A stretch of 64,000 nt of DNA, taken from contig NC_087436.1 in NCBI RefSeq assembly GCF_036321535.1, positions 63,304,001 to 63,368,000 on the forward strand, written 5' to 3'. Under the pieces are notes generated by a model, which searched no databases, was not told the DNA's origin, and saw only the letters and a list, made by a program, of their open reading frames with translations. The translations under genes and the position numbers were made by a program. This document shows, in pieces, positions 53,440-64,000 of the stretch. Within the stretch, counting starts at the first letter, position 1. Each line of letters opens with the position of its first letter. Source of the DNA: Camelus dromedarius. Lineage: Eukaryota.

Positions 53440-56400
53440 GCATACCACATCTTCTTTATCCAGTCATCTGTTGATGGATGTTTGGATTGTTTCCATGTCT
53501 TGGCTATTTAAAAAATGCTGCTATGAACGTTGGGGTGCATATGTATTTTTGAATTATAGTTTTCTCTGCATATATGCCCAAGAGTGGGATTATTGGATCA
53601 CAGGGTATGTCTATTTTGAATTTTTAAAGGAAACTCCATACTATCCTCCATAGTGGCTGCACCAGTTTACATTCACACCAACAGTGTAGGAAGGTTCCCT
53701 TTACTCCACACCCTCTCCAGTATATATTATTTGTAGACTTTTTAATGATGACCATTCTGACTGGTGTAATGTGATACCTCATTGTAGTTTTGATCTGCAT
53801 TTCTCTCATAATTAGCGATATTGAGCATCTTTTCATGAGTCTGCTAGGCATCTAGATGTCTTCTTTGAAGAAATGTCTATTTAGGTCTTCTGCCCATTTT
53901 TTGATTAGGTTGTTTGGTTTTTTTGATATTAAGCTGTATGAGCTGTTTGTATGTCTTGGAAATTATTCCCCTGTTGGTCGTGTCACTTGCAATTATTTTA
54001 TCCCATTCTGTAGGTTGTCTTTTTGTTTTGTTTGTGGTTTCCTGTATTGTGCAAAAGCTTTTAAGTTTAATTAGGTCCCATTCATTTATTTTTGCTTTTA
54101 TTTCCATTACTTTAGGAGCTAGTTCAAAAAAAAAAATTGCTGCAATTTTTGTCAAGGAGTATTCTGCCTATGGAGTTTCCTCTGGGAGTTTTATAGTATA
54201 TGGCCTTATATTTTGGTCTTTAATCCATTTTGAGTTTATTTTTGTATAGGTGTTAGAGAATGATCTAATTTCCTCCTTTTACATGTAGTTGTCCAGTTTA
54301 CCTAGCACCACTTATAGAAAAGACTGCTTTTTTCTCCATTGTATAGTCTTACCTCTTTGATGTAGATTAATTGACCATTAATGCATGGGTATATTTCTGA
54401 ACTTTCTATCTTGTTCCATTAATCTGTATCTATTTTTGTGTCAGTACCATACTGTTTTGATTACTGTAGCCTTGTAGTATAATCTGAAGACATGAAGCAT
54501 GATTCCTCCACCTCTGATCTTCTTTATCAAGATTGTTTTGGCCCTTCATGGTCTTTTGTGTTTCTATACAAATTTTAAAATGTTTTGTTCCAGTTCTGTG
54601 AAAAATGTCATTAGTAATTGATAGGGATTTGCATTGCACATGTATATTGTCTTGGGTAGTATGGCCATTTTAACAATATTGAGTCTTCCAATCCAGGAAC
54701 ATGGTGTATCTTTCCATCTGTTTTTATTGTCTTCAATTTCTCTTCTTAGTGTCATAGTTTTCAGAGTACAGGTTCTTTGCATCCTTAGGTAGGTTTATTC
54801 CTAGATATTTTATTGTTTTTGATGTGATGATAAATGGAATTGTTTCCTTAACTTTTTTTTCTGGTGTTTCATTGTTAGTATATAGAAATGCAACTAATCT
54901 CTGTATGCAATTTTGTATCCTGCAACTTTACTGAATTTATTGATGAGCTCTAGTAGTTTTCTGGTTGCATCTTTAGGATTTTCTATGTATAGTATTATGT
55001 CACCTGCAAACAGTTTTTATTTCTTTCCCAATTTGGATTCCTTTTATTTCTTTTTCTTCTCTGATTGCTGTGACTAGGACATCCAAAACTTCCTTGAAAA
55101 AAATGACAAGAGTGGGCATCTGGGTCTTGTTTCTGATCTCAGAGGAAATCTTTCAACTTCTTACCATTAAGTATGACATTAGCTGTGGGTTTGTCATATA
55201 TAACCTTTATTATGTTGCGGTATGTTCCCTCTATGCCCACTTTCTGGAGAGTTTTTATCATACATGGATGTTGAATTTTATCAAAAGATTTTTCTGCATC
55301 AACTGAGATGATCATATGGTTTTTATTCTTCAATTTGTTAATGTGCTGTATCACATTGATTGATTTGAAGATATTAAAAAATCCTTGCACCCTGGGATAA
55401 ATCTCACTTGATCATGGTTTATGATCCTTTTAATATATTATTGGAATATATCTGCTAGTATTTTGTTGAAGATTTTTGCATCTGTATTCATAAACAATAT
55501 TGGCCTGTGATTTTCTTTTTTTGTGATATCTTTGTCTGGTTTTGGTATCAGGATGATGGTGGCCTCAAAGAATGAGTTCAGAAATATTCCTTCCTCTGCA
55601 ATTTTTTGGAATAGTTTCAGAAGGATAGGCATTAACTGTTCTCTAAATGATAGAATTCCCCTGTAAAGCCATCTGGTCTAGGACATTTTTTCTTGTTGTT
55701 GAAAATTTTTAAATTACTGATTCAATTTCAGTGCTGGTAATTGGTCTGTTCAGTCTTAAGAGATTGCACCCTTCTAAGAAATGGTCCATTTCTTCTAGGC
55801 TGTCCATTTTGTTGGCATATAATTGCTCAGTAGCCTCTTAAAATCCTTATATTTCTGTGGTGTTGGTTGTAACTTCTCCTTTTTCATTTCTGATTTTATT
55901 AATTTGGGCCCTCTCCCTTTTTTTCTTGATGAATCTGGATAAAGGTTTATCAATTTTATTTATCTTTTCAAAAGCACAGTTTTAGTTTAATTGATCTTTT
56001 CTACTTTTGTTAGTCTCTATTTTATTTATTTCTGCTGTAATCTTAATGATTTTTTTCCCTTCTACTAACTTTGGGTTTTGTTTGTTCTTCTTTCTCTAGT
56101 TGCTTTAGGTGTAAGGTTAGGTTGCTTACTTGAGACTGTTCTTGTTTCCTTAGGTAAGCTTGTATCATTATAAACTTCCCTCTTAGAACTACTTTTGCTG
56201 TGTCCCAGAGGTTCTGGATCATCATGTTTTCATTTGTCTCTAAGTATTTTTTGATTTCCTCTTTGATTTCTTCAAGGATCCATTGGTTGTTTAGCAGCAT
56301 ATTGGTTAGCCTCCACAAGTTTGTTGTTTTTGCAGTTTTTCTTCTTGTAGTTGATTTCTAATCTCATATTGTTGGAGTCGGAAATGATGCTTGATTTGAT

Positions 56401-57047
56401 TTGTTTTCTTAAATTTACTGAGGCTTGCTTTGTGACCCAGCCTGTGATCAACCTTGAAGAATGTTCCATGAGCACTTGAGAAGAATGTGTATTCTACTGG
56501 TTTTGGATGTAATGTTCTATAAATATCAATTAAGTCCACCTCGTCTAATATGTCATTTAAGGCCTTTATGTCCTTATTGATTTTTCTGTCTGGATGATCT
56601 GTCCATCGATGTAAGTGGGGTGTTAAGGTCCCCCACTATTACTGTGTTACTGTTGATTTCTCCTTTTATGTCTATTAACAGTTGCCTTATATGTTGTGGT
56701 GCTCCTATGCTGGGTGCATATATATTCAGAATTGTTACATCTTCTTGGATTGATCCCTTGAACATTATGTAGTATTCTTCTTTGTCTCTTGTAACAGTCT
56801 GTATTTTAAAGTCTATTTTGTCTGATATTAAGTAATGTGACTCTGGCTTTCTTTTGATTTCTATTTATGTGGAATACCATCTTCCATCTTCTCACTTCCA
56901 GTCTTTATGTGTCTCAAGATATGGAGTCTCTTGTAGGCAGCAAATACTGGGGTCTTGTTTTTGTATGCACTCAGCCAGTTTTTTGGTTGGAGCACTTAGT
57001 CCATTTACATTTAAGGTAATTATCGCTATGTGTGTTCTTATTGCCAT
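53440..57047 (-). pseudogene. L1 ORF2p (endonuclease/reverse transcriptase) remnant
   Basis: Starts MAIRTHIAIITLNVNGLSAP; contains 'IVGDLNTPL', 'MDLIDIYRTLHP', '[18 protein letters not shown]' and '[13 protein letters not shown]'. The catalytic FADD reads FAGD (55010-54999). Confidence 0.96.
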
Positions 57048-57299
57048 TTTGCTAATTATTTTGGATTTGTTTCAGTAAACGTTTTTCTTCCTTTTATTCT
57101 TTTTGTCTATTCTATTGCAATTTGGTGGCTCTTTAGTGTTATGTTTGGATTCCTTTTTCTTTTTTTGAGTATATATCTATTATAGATTTTTGGTTTGTGG
57201 TTACCATAAGGTTTTGTTATAACATTCTCTCTATTTATATATGATTGCTTTAATTTGCTATCTTATTTTCAAATGCATTTTAAGTGTCCTGCATTTTTA

Positions 57300-58400
57300 A
57301 TCTCTTCCTCTTAAAATTACTGGTTTTGATATCATATTTTACATTTATTTTGTGTATCTCTTAACTGTTAACTGTGGATACAGATGATTTTACTACTATT
57401 GTCTTTTACCCTTCCTACTAGTTTGGACAAGAATAATTTCCTGCCTTTACCATGTTTGCCTTTACCAGTGAGCTCTTCCTTTTGTAATTTTCTTATTTCT
57501 AGTTTTTCTTTTCTGCCAGAGAAGCCCCTTTAGCATTTGTTGTAAAGTTGGTTTGGTGGTGCTAAATTTTTTTAGCTTTTCTTATCTATAATCTGAATGA
57601 GAGCTTTGTAAAATGAGTATTCTTGGTTGTATATTTTTCCCTTTAATCACTTTAAATATATCATGCCACTCCCTTCTGGCCTGCAGAGTTTCTGCTGAAA
57701 AATCAGCTGATAGTCTTATTGGAGTTCCCTCATATGTTATTTGTTGCTTTTCCCTTGATGCTTTGAATATTCTCTCTTTATCTTTTATTTTTGACATTTT
57801 CATTATTCCTCTTTGGGTTAATCCTGTATGGGACTTTCTGTGCTTCCTGGACTTGGGTGACTGTTTCCTCCCCCAGGTTAGGGAATTTTTCAGCTATTTT
57901 CTCTTCAAATATTTTCCCAGGCCCTTTCTCTCTTTCTTCTCCTTCTAGGACCCCTATAGTGCAAATGTTAGTGCACTTTATAATGTCCCAGAGGTCTCTT
58001 AAACTTTCTTCATTTCTTTTCATTCTTTTTTTTTCTGTTCTTTGGCAGTGATTTATTCTACTCTGTCTTCCAGCTCATTGATTCATCCTTTTGCCTCTTT
58101 TAGTCTACTCTTTGTTCCTTTTAGTGTATTTTTCATTTAAGTTATTGTATTCTTTGACTCTGATTGGTTGTTCTTTATTTTTTGTATTTCTTGCTAACAA
58201 CTTCTATCTTTTCATCCATTCCCTTTCTAAGGTCTTTGATCATCCTTATGATCATAACTCTGAACTCTTTCTTGGGTAGATTGCCTATCTCCACATCACT
58301 TAGTTCTTCTGGTGTTTTATGTTGTTCCTTTGTCTGGAAGTTATTCCTCTGCTGCCTCACTTTGTTTAAATTTCTATTTATATTTTTATGCATGTGGCAG
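57300..58400 (-). pseudogene. L1 ORF1p remnant
   Basis: ORF fragments 'NEESLRDLWDIIKCTNICTIGVLEGEERE' and 'PIRLSADFSAETLQARREWHDIFKV'. Confidence 0.93.
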
Positions 58401-59594
58401 GTTATTTATATTTCTCAATCTTGGAGAAGTAGCCCATTATACAAGACATCCTGTGCATCCCAGCAGTGCACTCTCTTCTCAATATCCAGAAGCTTGTGGC
58501 CAACTAGTGCCAGGGTAGATTCTGACCTGTGTTTGCAGACTGGTTATGCAGGTTGCAAGAATGATGTTTTCTATTTACTGATGTCTGCCCCCTTGTGGGT
58601 GAGACTGGTCTAGAGGCTTGGGTAGTCTTCCTCTAGGGAGGGGCTGGTGCCTGCCCACCAGCGGGTAGAGCTGGTACTTAGCCTTCTGGCGGGCAGAACG
58701 AGGACTAAGGGTGTTTCTAGAGGCACCTATGAGGTCAGGGATTCTTTAGGTAGTCTGTCAGCTGATGGGTGGGGATTTGTCCCACCTAGTTAGCTGTTTC
58801 GCCTGAGGCATCCCAGAACTAGAGTCTGAAAAATGTTGAGAGGGTTTAAGTCATGGTGCTGATGTCCAAGAAAGATGTCAGCCTCCCAGAAGGAGAGTGC
58901 ATTCAGATGAACACCCCTCAGTGTTTGCCACAGTGTCTATGTCCACAGGTTGAGCCACAGCCACCCTACACCTCTCCAGGAGACTCCCAAGGCCAGAAGG
59001 TAGTCTGGCCCAGGCTCCTATGAAATTACTGCTTTTGTCCTTGGTCCCAGGTGAGCATGAGGTTTTCTGTGAGACCCTTAAATGCAAAGTCTCTGTTTCT
59101 CCCAGTCCCACCAAGCTCCTGTAATCAAGCCCCACTGGCCTTCAAAGCCCAACATTCTGGGGGCTCACTTCCTGGTGCTGGACCACTGGGTTAGGGAGCC
59201 TGATACAGAACTCAGAACTCTCACAATCATAGGAGAATTTCTACAATATAATTATTCTCAAGTTTGTGGGTCACCCACCCAAGGGGTATGGGACCTGGTT
59301 ATATCACAAATCCACGACTCCTCTCAGGATTGTTGTCCTTTCTTCTTTAAATTTTTAGCTATAAAAGATCTTTTCTGGTACTTGTCAGCCTTTTTTTAAT
59401 CAATAATTTTTCTGCAGTTAGTTGTGATCTTGATGTGTCTGTGAGAGGAAGTGACCTCTTTCTGCTCCATCATCTTGACTGCCAGTCCCTCTTCTTCTGT
59501 GTCGAAGTCAGTCGAACCACAGGAAGATAGCAGGCTGGAGAACTGGAGTACAGGCTTCCCCTCCAGGCAGAGCAGCCCAGCAGCAGGTTATTCC

Positions 59595-60657
59595 AAAAGC
59601 TTTTTTTTTTACTACTTAATTTTTTTAAATGCTGTCTTTTAAAAAAAATATTAAAATGTATTTGGGATTTAGAGCATATATAAAAGTAAAATGTGTGAGA
59701 TTATCACCAGAAAGGGAGGAAATGAGAGTATAGCATTATATAGTACTTATTCTACAGGTGAAGTAATGTATCACTAAAAGGTCAAATATGATATGTTAAA
59801 AATTATATATATGTAAACATATATTTATATATACAAAGATATATTTATACAGGCATACCTTGGCGATATTGCAGGTTTGGTTCCATACCACTGCAATAAA
59901 GTGAATATGGCAAAAAATGAGTCACATGAATTTTTTTATTTCCCAAAGTGTATAAAAGTTATGTTTACACTATAGTCTAGTCTATTAAGTGTGCAATAGC
60001 ATTATGTCTAAAAAACAATGTACATAACTTAAGTAAAAAAAAACTATTGCTAAAAAATGTTAACCATATCAGCCTTCAGTGGGTTGTAATCTCTTGCTAT
60101 AGTAACACCAAAAACTGCTGATCACAGATTATTGTAACTAAAAATAATAATAAAAGTTTAAAATATTGTGAGCAAATGCTGTTGATAAAATGGTAACAAC
60201 AGACTTGCTTGATGTAGGGTTGCCACGTATCTTTAATTTGTTAAAAACACATCTGTGAAGCACAATAAAACATAAAGATTTTATATATTTTATATACATA
60301 TTTTCTATGTATATAAAATATCTCATATACATTATATATATATATATATATGTCTCCTCTGAATAAGCCTCTAAAATAACAAAACAAAGAGTGTAACTAA
60401 TAAGTCAAAGAAGGAAATAAAATGGAATAAAAAATTATTAATTCAAAAGATAGTGAAAAGGAGGAAAAAAGAAGCAAAAAATAGGTTGTAAAAGTAGGAA
60501 GCAAGTAAGATGGAGATAGTACACTTAAAATTAATCACATTAATAATAATAGAAAAGTAAAGTGTAAATAATCTAAATACACCAATTATAAAGGAGAGAT
60601 TTTCAGACTGGACACTAAAGCAAGACTCAAATCTACGCTGCCTAAATGAAACACACT
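59595..60657 (+). mobile_element. Old host L1, part 2: inter-ORF region and ORF2 start, interrupted by Tigger1
   Basis: 'tgtaaataatctaaatacaccaatt...gagattttcagactgga...tacgctgccta..gaaacacact' resembles the ORF2 endonuclease N-terminus. Confidence 0.75.
59850..60272 (-). mobile_element. Internally deleted Tigger1 (MITE-like derivative)
   Basis: TA followed by the terminal repeat 'caggcatacct'. 'gtctattaagtgtgcaatagcattatgtct' is joined to the other Tigger1 end 'gatcacagat...gacttgcttgatgtagggttgccac'. The far terminal repeat is eroded. Confidence 0.9.
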
Positions 60658-62257
60658 TGATTATTAACCCCTTATCAGATATATAATTGCAAATGTTATA
60701 TTCCATTTTATAGGTTTCTCACATTGCTGATGGTTTCCTTTGTTATGCAGAGCTTTTTAATTTGATGCAGTCCAACTTGTCCATTTTTGCTTTTGTTGTA
60801 ATATATAAGAAATCATTGCTAACACTAATGTCATGAAGCTTTTATTCTATGTTTTCCTGTAACTGCTTTACAGTTTAATATCTTATGTTAAATTTTTTAT
60901 CCATTTTTAGTTGATTTCTGAGTGCTATTTAAAATAAATATCCAATTTCATTCTTTTGCATGTAGATGTCCAATTTTCCTAACATCATTTGTTTAAGAGC
61001 ATATCCTTTCCCTACTGTGTATTCTTGGAACCTTGGTCAAAGATCAGTTAAACATACATGCATGAATTTATTTCTGAGGTTCTTATTCTATTCCCTTGGT
61101 ATCTGTCCATTTTTATGCTAGTACCATACTATATTAATTACTATGGCTTTGTAATATATTTTGTGATCAGGAAGTGTGATGCCTCTACCTTTGTTCTTTC
61201 TCAAGATTGCATTGATTATTGAGGGTCTCTTGTGATTCCACATGAATTTTAAAATTGCTTTTACTATTTCTATAAAAAAATTTTTGGATAGGAAAAAATA
61301 TTTGCAAACCATATTGCTGAAAAGGGGTTAATATCCAAAATACACAAGGAACTTAAACAACTTAATAGCAAGCAATATAAATTATCCAGTTAAAAATGGA
61401 CAAAAGACTTGAATAGACATTTCTCCAAAGAAGACATGTAAGTGGCCAGTAGGTATATGAAAAGATGATTAACATCGCCATTCATCTGGAAAATGCAAAT
61501 CAAAAACACAAAGAGATATCACCTCATTCCTGTTAGGATGATTGCTATCAAAAAAAAATAAAGGATAATAAGGGTTGGAGAGGATGTGGAAAAATTGGAG
61601 CATTTGTACACTTTTTGTAGAAATATAAAATGTTGTGGCTGCTATAGAAAACATTACGGAAATTCTTCAAAAGATTTAAAATTGAATGAGCACATGATCC
61701 AGCAATTCCACTTCTGGGTATATATTCAAAAGAATTGAAATCATGATTTAAAGAGATAGTTGCATTCCCATGATCATAGCAGCATTAATCATAATAGCCA
61801 AGATGTGGAAACAACATAAATTTAAATCAATGAATGATGGATAAAGAAAATGTGGTGAATACATACTATGAAATATTATTATTCAGCCTTTAAAAAGAAG
61901 AGAATGTCTATATACTATATATGTACTATATACTATATGGGACAACATGGGTCATGGAGGACATTACGCAAAGTGAAATAAGCCAGTCACAGGACAAATA
62001 CTGCATTATTCCACTTATATAAGGTATATAAAATAGTTAAACTCAGAGTAACAGAGAGTAGAATGGTGGTTTCCAGGGGCTGAGGGAGAAAGAAATGAGA
62101 GTTGCTATTCAGTTATGCAAGTAAATAAAATCTAGAAAACTGCTGTACAATATTATGCCTATACATAACAATAGTGTATTGTGCACTGAAACATTGTTAA
62201 GACTGTTGATCTCATGTTAAGTGTTCTCACCACAATAAAAATGGAATAAGTTAAAAA
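60658..62257 (+). mobile_element. 5'-inverted L1 (L1MA/L1MB-type) insertion
   Basis: Antisense ORF2 segment at about 60660-61280, then sense ORF2 end, 3' UTR and A-tail at about 61285-62257; TSD aaacacact (60649-60657 / 62258-62266). Confidence 0.88.
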
Positions 62258-63935
62258 AAACACACTCTAAATATAAAGATTCAAATAGATTGAATAGAGA
62301 AAATATGATAACAATAGTCAAAAGAAAGCAGGACTGGCTATATTAATGTAAGAGAAAGTTGATTTCAGAGCAAAAAATAGAATCAAGGTTAAAGAAGACC
62401 CCTGCATAGCAATAACTATGTCAATTTATCATAGATAGAACAAATCTTAAGTGTTTGTGCACCTAACAGCAGCACTTCAAAATATGTAAAGCAAAAACTT
62501 GTATAACTGCAAAGAGAAATATATAAATCAAAATATATAAACAGCTATTTCAACTCCCCTCTCAAGTACTGATGGAAGAAGAGACAGAAAACAATTAAGG
62601 TTATAAGAGTTCTGTTCAACACTATCAAACTTGACTCAATTCACATTTATATAACATTCTATCCTACAACAATGGATTATACGTGCTTGTCATATACACA
62701 TGGGCCATACTCTCCATCTTATATAAATACGTCTGTTGCAATAGACTTTAGAAAATGGATAGGATATATTCCCATAGGATATATTCTCTGACAAAAATGG
62801 AATTAAATCAGCTATTAATCTCAGGAAGATACATTTTTTAAATCTTCAAATATTTAGAAACCAGATAAAATACTTCTAAATAACTCATTACTCAAGAAGA
62901 AATAAAAGGGAAATTGCAAAATATTTTGAACTGAGTAAAAGTGAAAACATAACATATTCAAATTCATAAAATGTTATATAAAAGCAGTAGACAGAGGAAA
63001 ATTGATAATACTGAAATTCATTAGAACTATAATAGAAAATCATAAAGTTATCCATAATAAAGGCCTTATGTTCCCCTTTAAGAAACTAAAGCAAATTAAA
63101 TGCAAAGTGAGTAAAAGAAAGGAAATCATAAAGATAAGAGTGGATATCAATGAAATACAAACAGGAAAATAAATAGAGAAACTCAGTAAAGCCACAAATG
63201 ATTCATTAAGAAGATCAATAAACTGACAAGCCTCCAGTCAGATTTATTGGGAAAAATGGGGAAATACACAAAATTACAACTATCAGGATTTAGAAAATTG
63301 ACATCACTATAAATTATATAAATTTTAAAATGATACAATAAGGGAAAGTTCTAAACTACATAATGACAATAAATTCAACAACTTAATACAAATCGGCAAA
63401 ATCCTTGAAACACACATCTTAATCAGGGAAAAAGAGAGAAACTAAACGTAACAGTATGTATTAGAACATAGAAATTATAGCTAAGAACATTCCCACAAAG
63501 AAAATCGGTCAGAATGGATTCACTAGCTAATTCTAGTAAACATTTATAGGAAAAAAATACTTTTTCTACAGAAACAATTCCAGAAAATTGACAAGGATTA
63601 AGAATATATTGCAACTCATTTTATAAGAGAGTTTTCCCCTGATATAAAAACCACAAGAAATACATTACTACAGAAAAGAACTACAAAGTAGTATGCAAAA
63701 ATTACTTTGTCAAAGCAGATGCAAAAATCCTAAACAAAACTTAAGCAAATCAAACCTAAGCAAGTCCTTTTAAACAATGACCCAATAGGAGCAACCCCAG
63801 GAATGAAAGATTTATTTAACATTCAAATACTGATAAATGTAATTCACAATGTTAACAAATTAGTAAAGAAAAACCACATGATCATCTCAGCTGACAAAGA
63901 AAAACCATTTGGCAAAATTCCGTATTTGATTCCTT
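62258..63935 (+). mobile_element. Old host L1, part 3: decayed ORF2
   Basis: Resumes at 'aaatataaagat..aaatagattgaa' and runs through 'gatgcaaaaatcctaaacaaaa' and 'aaccacatgatcatctca'. Confidence 0.88.
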
Positions 63936-64000
63936 TCCACAAATGTCTTAGATTAATTGGATATTCATATTAAAAATGAACTTTGATCCATACTTTATTC

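Larger units (their letters stand above)
52996..59500 (-). mobile_element. Near full-length lineage-specific LINE-1, inactivated
   Basis: 5' UTR at about 59490-58450, ORF1 fragments at 58393-57582, ORF2 from ATG 57047, and a 3' UTR matching the other young copies. Many stops and frameshifts. Confidence 0.97.

Noticed and set aside
53393..53653. ORF starting MCVCVCVC
   Set aside because: It is the translation of the (TG)n repeat plus antisense L1.

Overview
This is AT-rich, CpG-poor placental-mammal DNA, either intergenic or deep intronic. I cannot support any host protein-coding gene, RNA gene or CRISPR array. The listed ORFs are either chance ORFs or broken LINE-1 ORF1/ORF2 fragments. Most recognisable sequence is transposon fossil: L1 of several ages, L2, MIR, MaLR and MLT2 LTRs, two class III (ERVL-like) proviral remnants, and hAT/Tigger MITEs. 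The youngest L1 3' ends look cetartiodactyl-type, and I see no Alu, B1, Bov-tA, PRE-1, CHR or Can-SINE, so a camelid is my best guess (inference). I found no new gene system. The most unusual structure is a ~115 bp inverted duplication (42237-42401 vs 43260-43372) whose left copy carries stuttered micro-repeats, resembling a templated double-strand-break repair scar. Also notable are a 5'-inverted (twin-primed) L1 with target-site duplications (TSDs) inside a multi-layer nested L1 stack, an ERVL gag-pro-RT fossil with a readable YIDD motif, and a few candidate plus-strand splice signals. Repeat family names come from remembered consensus sequences, not a database search. Boundaries of old elements are approximate.
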